Of a stretch of 20,000 nucleotides of DNA, positions 8,014-16,224 are shown one piece after another. A model generated the notes under the pieces. It was not told where the DNA came from. It worked only from the letters and a program-made list of their open reading frames with translations, and ran no database searches. Every line of letters starts with the position of its first letter. The first letter of the stretch is position 1. A program made the translations under genes and the position numbers. The stretch spans positions 53,380 to 73,379 of the forward strand of contig JABGUJ010000003.1 of the NCBI GenBank assembly GCA_018646625.1, written 5' to 3'. Source of the DNA: Candidatus Woesearchaeota archaeon. Lineage in GTDB: Archaea; Nanobdellota; Nanobdellia; Woesearchaeales; JABGUJ01.

Positions 8014-9120
8014 ATGGCAGCTGAAGAACCAAAGCTAAGGGCAGCTCTCGTAAGTCTAGGTAGCGTTTCATCTAAATGGACATTAGAAGAAATGGAAAAG
8101 TATTTCTCAGAAGTTGACTCATTAAATGTAAAAGAATTTGAAGTTGATTTAGGATCAGACGGTGCAGAAGTCCTTTACAAAGGTAAAAAAATACCAGACT
8201 ATGATTGTATTTATCTAAAAGGATCATTCAAATATGCAAATTTACTATCATCTATTTGCTCAGTTCTTCAAGGAAAATGTTACATGCCAACATCACCATC
8301 ATCATTCACTAACGGACATGATAAACTATTAACACATCTTAAAATGCAGCAAGCAAAAATACCTATGCCTGCTACCTACATATCTTCTACACCTCAAGCA
8401 GGTAAAGAGATTCTAGAGAGAATGAATTATCCAATAATAATTAAATTTCCACAAGGTACTCACGGTAAAGGAGTCTTGATAGCAGAAAGTTATACATCGG
8501 CATCATCTATGCTTGATGCACTAATAGCTTTAAAGCAACCATTCATCATTCAAGAATTCGTCGACACAGGAGGCAAGGACATCAGAGCAATCGTTGTAGG
8601 TAATAAAGTAGTAGCAGCAATGCAAAGAGTTGCAAAAAAAGGAGAACATAGAGCTAACGTTCATGCAGGCGGAGTTTGCGAAGCAATAGTAGTAGATTAC
8701 AAAACAGAAAAGATCGCAGTAGAAACTGCTAAAAGATTAGGCATCGATATCTGCGCAGTAGATATCTTACTAGGACCAAAAGGACCTCTAGTAATTGAAG
8801 CCAACCTAAGTCCAGGACTACAAGGAATCACTGACTGCACAAAAATTAATGTAGCGAGCAAGATTGCAAGGTTTCTTTACGAACAAACACTAATATTCAA
8901 ACAAAACAAAGGAGACAACAAAACAAACAGAATCTTAAACGATTTAGGTATTGGCAAAAGCACGCCAGCTCAAGAAATTGTATCTAATCTTGATTTTAGA
9001 GGAACTAGAATACTTCTACCAGAAATGGCATCCGCACTAAGTAAACTTAGCACTGCTGATGAAGTTACAATAAGTGCTAAGAAAGATGAAATAAAAATCA
9101 AGAAGATGGATATCGAATAA
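8014..9120 (+). CDS. rimK: RimK-family ATP-grasp alpha-L-glutamate ligase with a C-terminal AbrB/SpoVT-like extension
   Basis: HDKLLT, IPMPAT, YPIIIKFPQGTHGKGV, IIQEFV, DIRAIVVG, AMQR, HRANVHAGG, AVDIL, VIEANLSPG. About 75 extra C-terminal residues. Confidence 0.9.
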   Translation: MAAEEPKLRAALVSLGSVSSKWTLEEMEKYFSEVDSLNVKEFEVDLGSDGAEVLYKGKKIPDYDCIYLKGSFKYANLLSSICSVLQGKCYMPTSPSSFTNGHDKLLTHLKMQQAKIPMPATYISSTPQAGKEILERMNYPIIIKFPQGTHGKGVLIAESYTSASSMLDALIALKQPFIIQEFVDTGGKDIRAIVVGNKVVAAMQRVAKKGEHRANVHAGGVCEAIVVDYKTEKIAVETAKRLGIDICAVDILLGPKGPLVIEANLSPGLQGITDCTKINVASKIARFLYEQTLIFKQNKGDNKTNRILNDLGIGKSTPAQEIVSNLDFRGTRILLPEMASALSKLSTADEVTISAKKDEIKIKKMDIE

Positions 9121-9127
9121 AACCCAT

Positions 9128-9658
9128 CTATTTATTTCCATAATAAAAGAACTTCTCGATTTCCACGTCTTCTGAATTATAGCTTCCACATCTTGGCGAT
9201 GATTTTGGAGGCTCAGGCTCTTTGAACTGAGATTGTCTTTCAACTTTAGGATGTTCAGGATTATCAGCAGTTACAGGAGAATCTGAAGCAAACACTTTTA
9301 CGCTTTTTTGTTTCTGCTCTAACTGATTCATCATCTCAATCATTTCATTCATTTTTTGCTGCATTTCTACAATAGTTTCTTCTTGCCGTTTCATTTGATT
9401 CTGCAAAGATCTAACATGTAGTTCATGCTCAGGCGCCTTACCAGGTATATTAACAGCACTAGTTGTAGATGTCTCTGGAGAGTCTTTCTCAATCTTTATA
9501 ACACCAGAATCCGACGTACTAGTTACAGATGACACTTCACCATCATTTCTAATCATTTGCTCTGCTTGACTCACAGCTTGAGTCATATCTTCAGCCATAC
9601 CGTGGTTTTTTAATTCCATAGCGAGCTTGTTTATTTTTTGTAGTTTATCTACATCCAT
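9128..9658 (-). CDS. Hypothetical coiled-coil protein (176 aa)
   Basis: Strong SD AAGGAGG. Heptad-like segment LQNQMKRQEETIVEMQQKMNEMIEMMNQLEQK flanked by low-complexity linkers. Aromatic C-terminus. Confidence 0.8.
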   Translation of the reverse strand: MDVDKLQKINKLAMELKNHGMAEDMTQAVSQAEQMIRNDGEVSSVTSTSDSGVIKIEKDSPETSTTSAVNIPGKAPEHELHVRSLQNQMKRQEETIVEMQQKMNEMIEMMNQLEQKQKSVKVFASDSPVTADNPEHPKVERQSQFKEPEPPKSSPRCGSYNSEDVEIEKFFYYGNK

Positions 9659-9680
9659 TTTTGTTCCTCCTTACTGCAAC

Positions 9681-10535
9681 TTATTTGATTCTATGAACGT
9701 CAATATAGTGAGGCGAACCAGCCGATGTTGATTTCTTCCTCACAGGTTTTGAGTGATGCCCTTCTTGAAAACTACCCACAAGAATAGTTCCTAACAAAAA
9801 GTACAACACAAATAATACAAATGGAATATATGGCAAGTTAACTCCAGATAAAGGCAAAGTCAACAACTCCAAAAGAATCATAGGAGTCAAAGCATAAATT
9901 CCAATATTAAAAAGTTCATTAAAATTAATTTCAAACCTAAACAATCGTGATAAAACTAAGATTATAACTGTTCCAAGCAATACAAATATCAAATACTTCA
10001 AAGAAAAGTAAACAAAAGCCAAAAGAGCCAACAAAGGCGACATAAGCAATAACACTTTTGAAACAAAGCTTGAGACTTCACTTTTATTTGCCTTAAAATC
10101 ATTAAACAAAGACATACTTATTTTCTTATAACCAAACAATTTGTCGTACATAAAGTTGGTGCCATCAAAAACCAGTAATCCATCCGCTTCAGATTCATTG
10201 CCCTCACCAAAAGTAACTAATGCTTCTTTTTCACCAAACACTACAGGCTCAGCAGAAGAAAAATGAAAATCTACACCTATACTATCAAAATTATCTAACT
10301 TACCTTCTACATACTCAGATAATCCAAACAAAGCAGGAATAAATAATATTAAAGAAATTACAAAAACCCAGAGTAACAACGTAAAAAAATGTTTAACAGA
10401 ATTACCAACAATAGCAACACTCAAATCTTTGTAAGAACGAGGGTTAAATGATCTAGCCACAGTTCTAATAAACTGCTCAATTGATGGATTTATGTTCCAT
10501 CCCTTTTGTTTATACACCTTTTTTCTTGACAACAT
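9681..10535 (-). CDS. Multi-pass membrane protein (DUF1189/Yip1-like architecture)
   Basis: One N-terminal TM helix, a soluble loop, then 3-4 hydrophobic helices with IGIYALTP. Family call is from resemblance only. Confidence 0.7.
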   Translation of the reverse strand: MLSRKKVYKQKGWNINPSIEQFIRTVARSFNPRSYKDLSVAIVGNSVKHFFTLLLWVFVISLILFIPALFGLSEYVEGKLDNFDSIGVDFHFSSAEPVVFGEKEALVTFGEGNESEADGLLVFDGTNFMYDKLFGYKKISMSLFNDFKANKSEVSSFVSKVLLLMSPLLALLAFVYFSLKYLIFVLLGTVIILVLSRLFRFEINFNELFNIGIYALTPMILLELLTLPLSGVNLPYIPFVLFVLYFLLGTILVGSFQEGHHSKPVRKKSTSAGSPHYIDVHRIK

Positions 10536-10541
10536 GAAGCA

Positions 10542-11762
10542 TCAACAATATTTATCTCTTTTTAGCTTTGAATGCTTTTTACGCAATTCAAAACTTATTT
10601 GTTTACTTCCCTCAACATGAGGTTGATTAAATGGATCTACACCTAATAATTTACAATAATAATAAGTAGCGTACTCAAACAATGCTATCAGCTCTCCAAC
10701 AGCAGCAGGAGATCGCGCATCAAGAGTTAACACAGAGTTAGGAATTTTCAACTTAGTTGCATTCTTTTGTGTTCCAATAAACTCATACTGCAAACCATAA
10801 GAATAGCTAACACCGTTCGATGTCCCTAAAGTCCCATTCCGAATCTTAACAGAACGAAGATCCCTAGGAACTTTTATTTTAGCACCGCTATGAGCACTCT
10901 TTTCTCTCAAAAAACACGCACACACATTTTTCTTACCACCAAACAATCGTTGGTTTGTATGATGTTGACTTTCCGGAGCTTCAGCACCAAATAAAACCAA
11001 ACCTTTACCCTTCTTACCAGAACTTTCGTGTATTAATTGCATAAACAATTCCAAAAATCCAGACAAAAACGGAGAATAGATCGGCATAAAAACATTCGAA
11101 TATCCTTTACGCTCAACTAAATAAAAGAACGCAGCCAACTGCAAAGCAGGATTCTTCTTAATCCCAACAGAAGGATCACATTTCTTAAACATACTTTTCA
11201 TACCAGTAAATACTTTTTTATAATCAGAATAACAAAATGCCAACGGCCCTAAGGCACACTCAGTCCCCGAAGAAAATCTACCACCAATAGGAGGATGTTC
11301 TAACCAAAGTAAATCTCTTTTATCAACAATCTGTTTCAAGGCACCATTATTATTCTCAGTAATCGCCAAAACATCATAACCTTCAAAGAAAAACATATTC
11401 TCCAAAGCATCAACAGTATTTCCTGATTTACTAACAACCACTACAACAGTATCTTTAACGCTAGTATTCTCCTTTACAAGTTCCAACAAATCAGGATCCA
11501 AAGTATCGATCTGATAAACATCTTTACTACTCTCAACACCTAATGCAGTATACATTGCTTTGAACCCAGTTATTGATCCACCACGTCCAATCACAATCAT
11601 CCGTTTATATTTTTTCAACTTCTTCGCTACGGAATCAATCCATTCAAAATCAGGAGTGTAAGATGCAAAAGAAGGAACTTCAAAGTTTAGAGACTTAAGT
11701 TTAGACAAAAGAGTTCTGTCTTTAAAATTAACTCCACAATCCTTAAGGTACAAATTAATCAT
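10542..11762 (-). CDS. pgi: Glucose-6-phosphate isomerase (SIS-fold, PGI family)
   Basis: IGRGGS, VVSKSGNT, IGGRFS, QLIHESSGKKGKG, ESQH, GVDPFNQPHVEGSK. Confidence 0.9.
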   Translation of the reverse strand: MINLYLKDCGVNFKDRTLLSKLKSLNFEVPSFASYTPDFEWIDSVAKKLKKYKRMIVIGRGGSITGFKAMYTALGVESSKDVYQIDTLDPDLLELVKENTSVKDTVVVVVSKSGNTVDALENMFFFEGYDVLAITENNNGALKQIVDKRDLLWLEHPPIGGRFSSGTECALGPLAFCYSDYKKVFTGMKSMFKKCDPSVGIKKNPALQLAAFFYLVERKGYSNVFMPIYSPFLSGFLELFMQLIHESSGKKGKGLVLFGAEAPESQHHTNQRLFGGKKNVCACFLREKSAHSGAKIKVPRDLRSVKIRNGTLGTSNGVSYSYGLQYEFIGTQKNATKLKIPNSVLTLDARSPAAVGELIALFEYATYYYCKLLGVDPFNQPHVEGSKQISFELRKKHSKLKRDKYC

Positions 11763-12073
11763 TTTTGCAATAAGCTTTCAACTTTCCCTAGAACTTTATC
11801 TAAAGTTACAAAGAGATTTCGATCAGTGAACTCCGAAGCAACAGGACTACCACCGTTCATCAAAATAGTATGAATTTCATACTTCTCAGATTTTTCAGTT
11901 GGATGTACAATTTTCAAAGTTAATTTAACGCCTTCAAACTTTTCACAAAGGTCACCAAATTTCTTAACATAGTTTCCAACCATTTTTTTAACAATAACCA
12001 TAGAAGCCCTATCGACTTGTTTAAAGCCAACTAACTGAATATCTCCACCTAAATTGAGACTATCTTCATCCAT
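11759..12073 (-). CDS. Stand-alone HPF/RaiA-like (ribosome hibernation factor fold) protein
   Basis: 104 aa with a beta-alpha-beta-beta-beta-alpha pattern: IQLVG / MVIVKKMVGNYVKKF / VKLTLK / KYEIHTIL / ASEFTDRNLFVTLDKVLGKVESLL. The last part resembles the HPF DLYxAIDxxxxKLExQL motif. Strong SD GAGGTGAG. Confidence 0.6.
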   Translation of the reverse strand: MDEDSLNLGGDIQLVGFKQVDRASMVIVKKMVGNYVKKFGDLCEKFEGVKLTLKIVHPTEKSEKYEIHTILMNGGSPVASEFTDRNLFVTLDKVLGKVESLLQK

Positions 12074-12104
12074 ATCTGCTCACCTCTATACTATATATCA
12101 CTAT

Positions 12105-12156
12105 ACGAATATGTATATTAGTATTCGTTTATAAATCTTTTGTTTATAAACAAAAG
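12105..12156. promoter_or_regulatory. Divergent promoter region with an inverted repeat and a perfect 20-bp palindrome
   Basis: ACGAATA(12105-12111)-N10-TATTCGT(12122-12128), TTTATAAA at 12128-12135, and palindrome CTTTTGTTTATAAACAAAAG at 12137-12156. Confidence 0.55.
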
Positions 12157-12196
12157 GCACTAAATATTTATTAATCCTATATAAAAACAAGAAAAA

Positions 12197-13465
12197 ATGA
12201 CTAAGATATTCATTCAAACATACGGCTGCGCCCTGAACAACTCAGACTCAGAACTAATGGCAGGACTTCTAAAAGACGCAGGATTTGAAATCGCAAATAA
12301 CCTAGAAGAATGCACCCTGACAATAATTAACACTTGCACAGTCAAACAAAACTCAGAAACAAAATTCTTCAGAGCATTAAAAAAAGCAGAAGAAGAAAAT
12401 AAAAAAGTAGTGGTCGCAGGATGTATTCCTCAAGCAGATCATGAACTTCTAAATAATGAACTTAAGAACATCTCCGTTATCGGAACAAAACAATTAAACA
12501 AAATATTAGAAGCAGTTGTTGAAACCTTAAGCGGTCACGTATTCCAAGATATTAAGGATGAAAAAAATCAAAGACTCAATCTTCCTAAAATAAGAAAGAA
12601 CCCAATAATTGAAATTGTTCCAATCTGCGAAGGATGTTTAGGTAACTGCAGTTACTGTAAAACAAAACAAGCAAGAGGTGATTTATTCTCCTACAACACA
12701 GAAAAGATCATCACACAAATAAAGGACGCACTAAAAGACGGCGTAAAAGAAATCTGGATCACTGCACAAGATACGGGAACATACGGAAAAGATATAGACA
12801 CTAACATAGTCGACCTACTAAACAAAATAATAGAAATTGAAGGAGATTTCAAAGTAAGAATGGGTATGTGCAATCCAAACTACATTAAAGAACATCTTAA
12901 AGAAATAATCAAAATTTTAAAACACAAGAACATGTTTAAATTTATACATATCCCAATCCAATCAGGATCAAACAATGTACTAAAACACATGAGACGAAAA
13001 TACACACAAGAAGAATACTATGAAATAATTGAAACAATCAAAAAAGAAATACCCGACATAACAATAGCAACAGACATTATTGTTGGTTACCCAACAGAAA
13101 CCGATAAAGATTTCGAACTATCACTAAAACTAATTCAAGAAACAAAACCTAGTGTTATGAACCTATCAAGATATTGGCCAAGACCAAAAACCGACGCAGC
13201 AAATCTTAAACCAATAACTAGCCAGATTGTAATGGAACGATCAAAAAAAATAAAAAAATTATTCACAGACATCAACAAAGAAGAAAACAAGGATTACATA
13301 AACCAAGAAGTCACAATAATTATTGACGAAACAGGAAAAGACAACACAATGATTGGAAGAAACGACAATTACAAACAAGTTATCGTCAACACTCCAATAA
13401 ATCTAGGTAAGAAAACAACAGTAAAGATCGTATCCACAACAGAGCACTATTTGAGAGCATTCTAA
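12197..13465 (+). CDS. mtaB: tRNA t6A37 methylthiotransferase (archaeal/eukaryotic MtaB, CDKAL1-like radical SAM)
   Basis: UPF0004 domain TYGCALNNSDSE...NTCTVK...VAGC, radical SAM GCLGNCSYC, KQARGDLFSY, AQDTGTYGKD, HIPIQSGS, TDIIVGYPTET, RYWPRPKT, C-terminal TRAM domain. Confidence 0.93.
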   Translation: MTKIFIQTYGCALNNSDSELMAGLLKDAGFEIANNLEECTLTIINTCTVKQNSETKFFRALKKAEEENKKVVVAGCIPQADHELLNNELKNISVIGTKQLNKILEAVVETLSGHVFQDIKDEKNQRLNLPKIRKNPIIEIVPICEGCLGNCSYCKTKQARGDLFSYNTEKIITQIKDALKDGVKEIWITAQDTGTYGKDIDTNIVDLLNKIIEIEGDFKVRMGMCNPNYIKEHLKEIIKILKHKNMFKFIHIPIQSGSNNVLKHMRRKYTQEEYYEIIETIKKEIPDITIATDIIVGYPTETDKDFELSLKLIQETKPSVMNLSRYWPRPKTDAANLKPITSQIVMERSKKIKKLFTDINKEENKDYINQEVTIIIDETGKDNTMIGRNDNYKQVIVNTPINLGKKTTVKIVSTTEHYLRAF

Positions 13466-13519
13466 GGCCAAATTCACCAACCACAGCCCCCACAAAGAAA
13501 GAATTCTAAAAACAACATA

Positions 13520-13527
13520 TTTATAAA
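13520..13527 (+). promoter_or_regulatory. TATA box of the pop5-psmA-exosome operon
   Basis: TTTATAAA preceded by an A-rich stretch. It implies a start site near 13550 and a leader of about 55-75 nt. Confidence 0.55.
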
Positions 13528-13624
13528 TCACACTAATTAACAAACCAGAGAAAAGGAAAGCTAAGATAAGGAGAATTACGAGCTTTCTCGACTAATAAGA
13601 GTCGTAATGAGGCAGAAAAGGCAA

Positions 13625-13987
13625 ATGAGTCCAATTAAAGGCCTTTTACCAAGTTTAAGGGAAAAGAAGCGCTATCTAGTGCTAGAAGTAGTGTCCGATA
13701 GCCAAATAAACGACTTTAAAGCCGTCTCAGACGCTATATGGGGTGGAGCACTGAAATATCTCGGAGAATTTGGAGTTGCCGAGGCAGGAATTGTTATACT
13801 TGGAGAAAAATGGAACCCTAAGCTTCAAAGAACAGTAATCCGCGTAAACAATAAACACGTAGACAAACTCAAAATGGCACTATCTCTAATAAGAAACATT
13901 GACAAACAAAACGTAATAATCAAAAGCGTAGGTGTGAGCGGAATACTCAAAAAAGCCTGCGATAAATTTATGACAAGTAAATCATAA
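13625..13987 (+). CDS. rnp2: Ribonuclease P protein Pop5/Rpp14
   Basis: LLPSLREKKRYLVLEV, LGEFGVAEAG, VIRVN, VGVSGILKKA. Canonical position upstream of psmA. Start is either ATG 13625 (preferred) or 13607. Confidence 0.92.
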   Translation: MSPIKGLLPSLREKKRYLVLEVVSDSQINDFKAVSDAIWGGALKYLGEFGVAEAGIVILGEKWNPKLQRTVIRVNNKHVDKLKMALSLIRNIDKQNVIIKSVGVSGILKKACDKFMTSKS

Positions 13988-14014
13988 TAAACTTTTAACA
14001 TGAGGTGAAAAGAT

Positions 14015-14737
14015 ATGCAACCAATGCAACATCAAATGATGGGATACGACAGGGCAATCACAATGTTCAGTCCTGACGGAAGACTACTTCAAGTAGAGTA
14101 TGCTAAAAAAACTGTTAAACAAGGCAGTACAGCAATAGGTCTTGTGTGTAAAGATGGGGTACTATTAGTTTCAGACAGAAGAATAGTTGACAAGTTAGTT
14201 GTAGCAGAGTCTGTTGAAAAAATTTGGGAGATTGACTCTCACATCGGAGCTACAGCATCAGGTATTATTTCTGACGCAAGAGTTCTTATTGAACACGGAC
14301 AAGTCAAAGCACAGCAACACAAAGTATCATACGACAGTCCAGTTGACACACTATCCATCGTAAGAAGCATTTGTGCACTAAAACAAATTTGCACACAAAG
14401 TGGCGGACTAAGACCGTTCGGTGTTTCAGTAATTGCAGGTGGTGTAGACATCACAGGTCCAAAACTATACGTTACAGACCCAACAGGAATCTACTTCCAA
14501 TACAAAGCAGCAGTTATTGGAGAAAACGATGAAGAGATCGAAGAAATACTAATCAAGGACTACAAAGAAAAGATGACTCTAGCAGAAGGACTTAAACTTT
14601 GCATAAAAAGTTTAAAGAAAGTTCTAGACGGAGAGTTCGACATCAAAAGAATCGATGCAGCATACGTAAACACAGAAAACAAGAAGTTTACAAAATATAC
14701 TAAAGCTGAGATCGAGAATGTATTCAAAACAAAATAA
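14015..14737 (+). CDS. psmA: Proteasome alpha subunit
   Basis: GYDRAITMFSPDGRLLQVEYA, RPFGVS, TDPTG. SD GAGGTGA. Confidence 0.98.
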   Translation: MQPMQHQMMGYDRAITMFSPDGRLLQVEYAKKTVKQGSTAIGLVCKDGVLLVSDRRIVDKLVVAESVEKIWEIDSHIGATASGIISDARVLIEHGQVKAQQHKVSYDSPVDTLSIVRSICALKQICTQSGGLRPFGVSVIAGGVDITGPKLYVTDPTGIYFQYKAAVIGENDEEIEEILIKDYKEKMTLAEGLKLCIKSLKKVLDGEFDIKRIDAAYVNTENKKFTKYTKAEIENVFKTK

Positions 14738-14750
14738 GAGGTAAACAAAA

Positions 14751-15476
14751 ATGTCAAGGCTTGGAACTCAAACATACGACAAAGAAAGAGTTTCATTTAA
14801 CATTGCAAGATTAAAGAAAGGTGGAGACACTTTCGAAATAATCATTGATGCAGACAAAGCAATAGCATTCAAAGAAGGCAAAGACATAGACATGAAAGAC
14901 ATCCTTATGGGTGAAAAAATCATGAGCGACGCTAACAGAGGATTGCACGCACCAGAAACAAAAGTTCAAGAACTATTTGGAACTGATGACGCAGTCAAAG
15001 TTGCAGAGTCAATCATCAAAGAAGGTGAAATCCAGTTAACTTCAGAATACAGGAATAAAGTTAGAGAAGATAAAATGAAACAGTTGGTGGCACTAATTGC
15101 AAGAAATGCAATTGATCCTAAAACAAATCTTCCACATCCTCCTGTAAGAATTCAGAACGCAATGGATGAAGCAAAGATTAAGCTAAACGAATTTAAAACA
15201 GTCGAAGATCAACTTGAAGACGTAGTAAGCAAACTTCGACCAATATTACCTATTAAATTCGAACAAAGAAAGATTCAGATTAGAATTCCGGCGCAATTCG
15301 CAGGAAAAGCTTACAACAACGTGACAAAATACGGTAAGCCAACAAACGAAGCTTGGCTTAACGATGGATCCTGGACTGGAGATGTAGAACTTCCCGCAGG
15401 ATTAGTAAGCGAATTCCTAGACGAACTAAACGGCGCAACAAAAGGCGGAGTCGAATCTAAGATAATTGAAAGGTGA
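14751..15476 (+). CDS. Ribosome maturation protein SBDS/Sdo1
   Basis: IARLKKGGDTFEI, FGTDD, GEIQLT, AIDPKTNLPHPPVRIQNAM, LRPILPIKFE, WLNDGSW. Confidence 0.97.
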   Translation: MSRLGTQTYDKERVSFNIARLKKGGDTFEIIIDADKAIAFKEGKDIDMKDILMGEKIMSDANRGLHAPETKVQELFGTDDAVKVAESIIKEGEIQLTSEYRNKVREDKMKQLVALIARNAIDPKTNLPHPPVRIQNAMDEAKIKLNEFKTVEDQLEDVVSKLRPILPIKFEQRKIQIRIPAQFAGKAYNNVTKYGKPTNEAWLNDGSWTGDVELPAGLVSEFLDELNGATKGGVESKIIER

Positions 15477-15483
15477 AGCAAGA

Positions 15484-16224
15484 ATGAGCGGATTAACAAT
15501 AAATGACAAAGATGTTGTTGTACCGGGAGAAGTTCTGGCAGAAGGTATGGATTACCTACCTTCACACGGAACTTACCGATTAGACGACACAATAAGGGCA
15601 GGAAAATTAGGCCTAGCAAGAATTGATGGAAAAGTTATCAAAATAATTCCATTATCTGGAGTTTATTCTCCAAGAAGAAATGACGTTATCATTTGTAAAG
15701 TGTTTGACGTACTGATGTCAGGATGGAGAGTTAACACATTTACTCCATACTCTGCAATGCTTTCTATGAAAGATGGCACTAACGAGTTCATCATGAAGGG
15801 TGCTAACTTAACTAAGTACCACCAGATTGGAGATTACATAATGTGTAAAGTTGTAAACGTTACATCTCAGAGATTGATCGACGTTACAATGAAAGGTCCT
15901 GGCTTGAGAAAGTTAGACAATGGCAGATTCATAAGAGTAAACAGCCACAAAGTTCCAAGAATTATTGGAAAACAAGGCAGTATGGTTAGCATGGTGAAAA
16001 ATGCAACTGGCTGTAGAATCCTAGTAGGTCAAAACGGAGTTGTATGGGTATCAGGAGAACCTGAAATGGAAATTCTAGCAATAGAAACCATAAAGAAAGT
16101 AGAAAAAGAATCCCATGTAAGCGGCTTAACTGACACAATAAAAGTATTTCTTGAAGAAAAAACAGGAAAGAAACTTGAAACAAAGGCAGAAGAAAAAAGT
16201 GAACCTGAAGGTGAACAACAATGA
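15484..16224 (+). CDS. rrp4: Exosome RNA-binding cap protein Rrp4
   Basis: VVVPGEVLA, IIPLSGVYSP, S1 domain, KH motif KVPRIIGKQGSM, GQNGVVW. ATG 15484 follows SD AGGTGA, which overlaps the SBDS stop. Confidence 0.97.
   Translation: MSGLTINDKDVVVPGEVLAEGMDYLPSHGTYRLDDTIRAGKLGLARIDGKVIKIIPLSGVYSPRRNDVIICKVFDVLMSGWRVNTFTPYSAMLSMKDGTNEFIMKGANLTKYHQIGDYIMCKVVNVTSQRLIDVTMKGPGLRKLDNGRFIRVNSHKVPRIIGKQGSMVSMVKNATGCRILVGQNGVVWVSGEPEMEILAIETIKKVEKESHVSGLTDTIKVFLEEKTGKKLETKAEEKSEPEGEQQ

Noticed and set aside
8014..9120. LysX/ArgX or CofF/MptN annotation
   Set aside because: No lysW/lysYZJK or cofactor genes nearby. Pairing with a RimB-like protease and the GTHGKGV/RANVHAGG motifs fit RimK proper better, pending phylogeny.
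12096..12112. TrmB-like TGM operator (TATCAC-N5-GTGATA) upstream of the pgi operon
   Set aside because: Only the TATCAC half-site is present. The second half reads GAATAT.
13548..13625. Minimal RNase P RNA next to pop5 (GGAAAG and CAGAA resemble conserved regions I and V)
   Set aside because: Far too short, and the two segments cannot form the P4 helix. Kept only as a structured-leader candidate.
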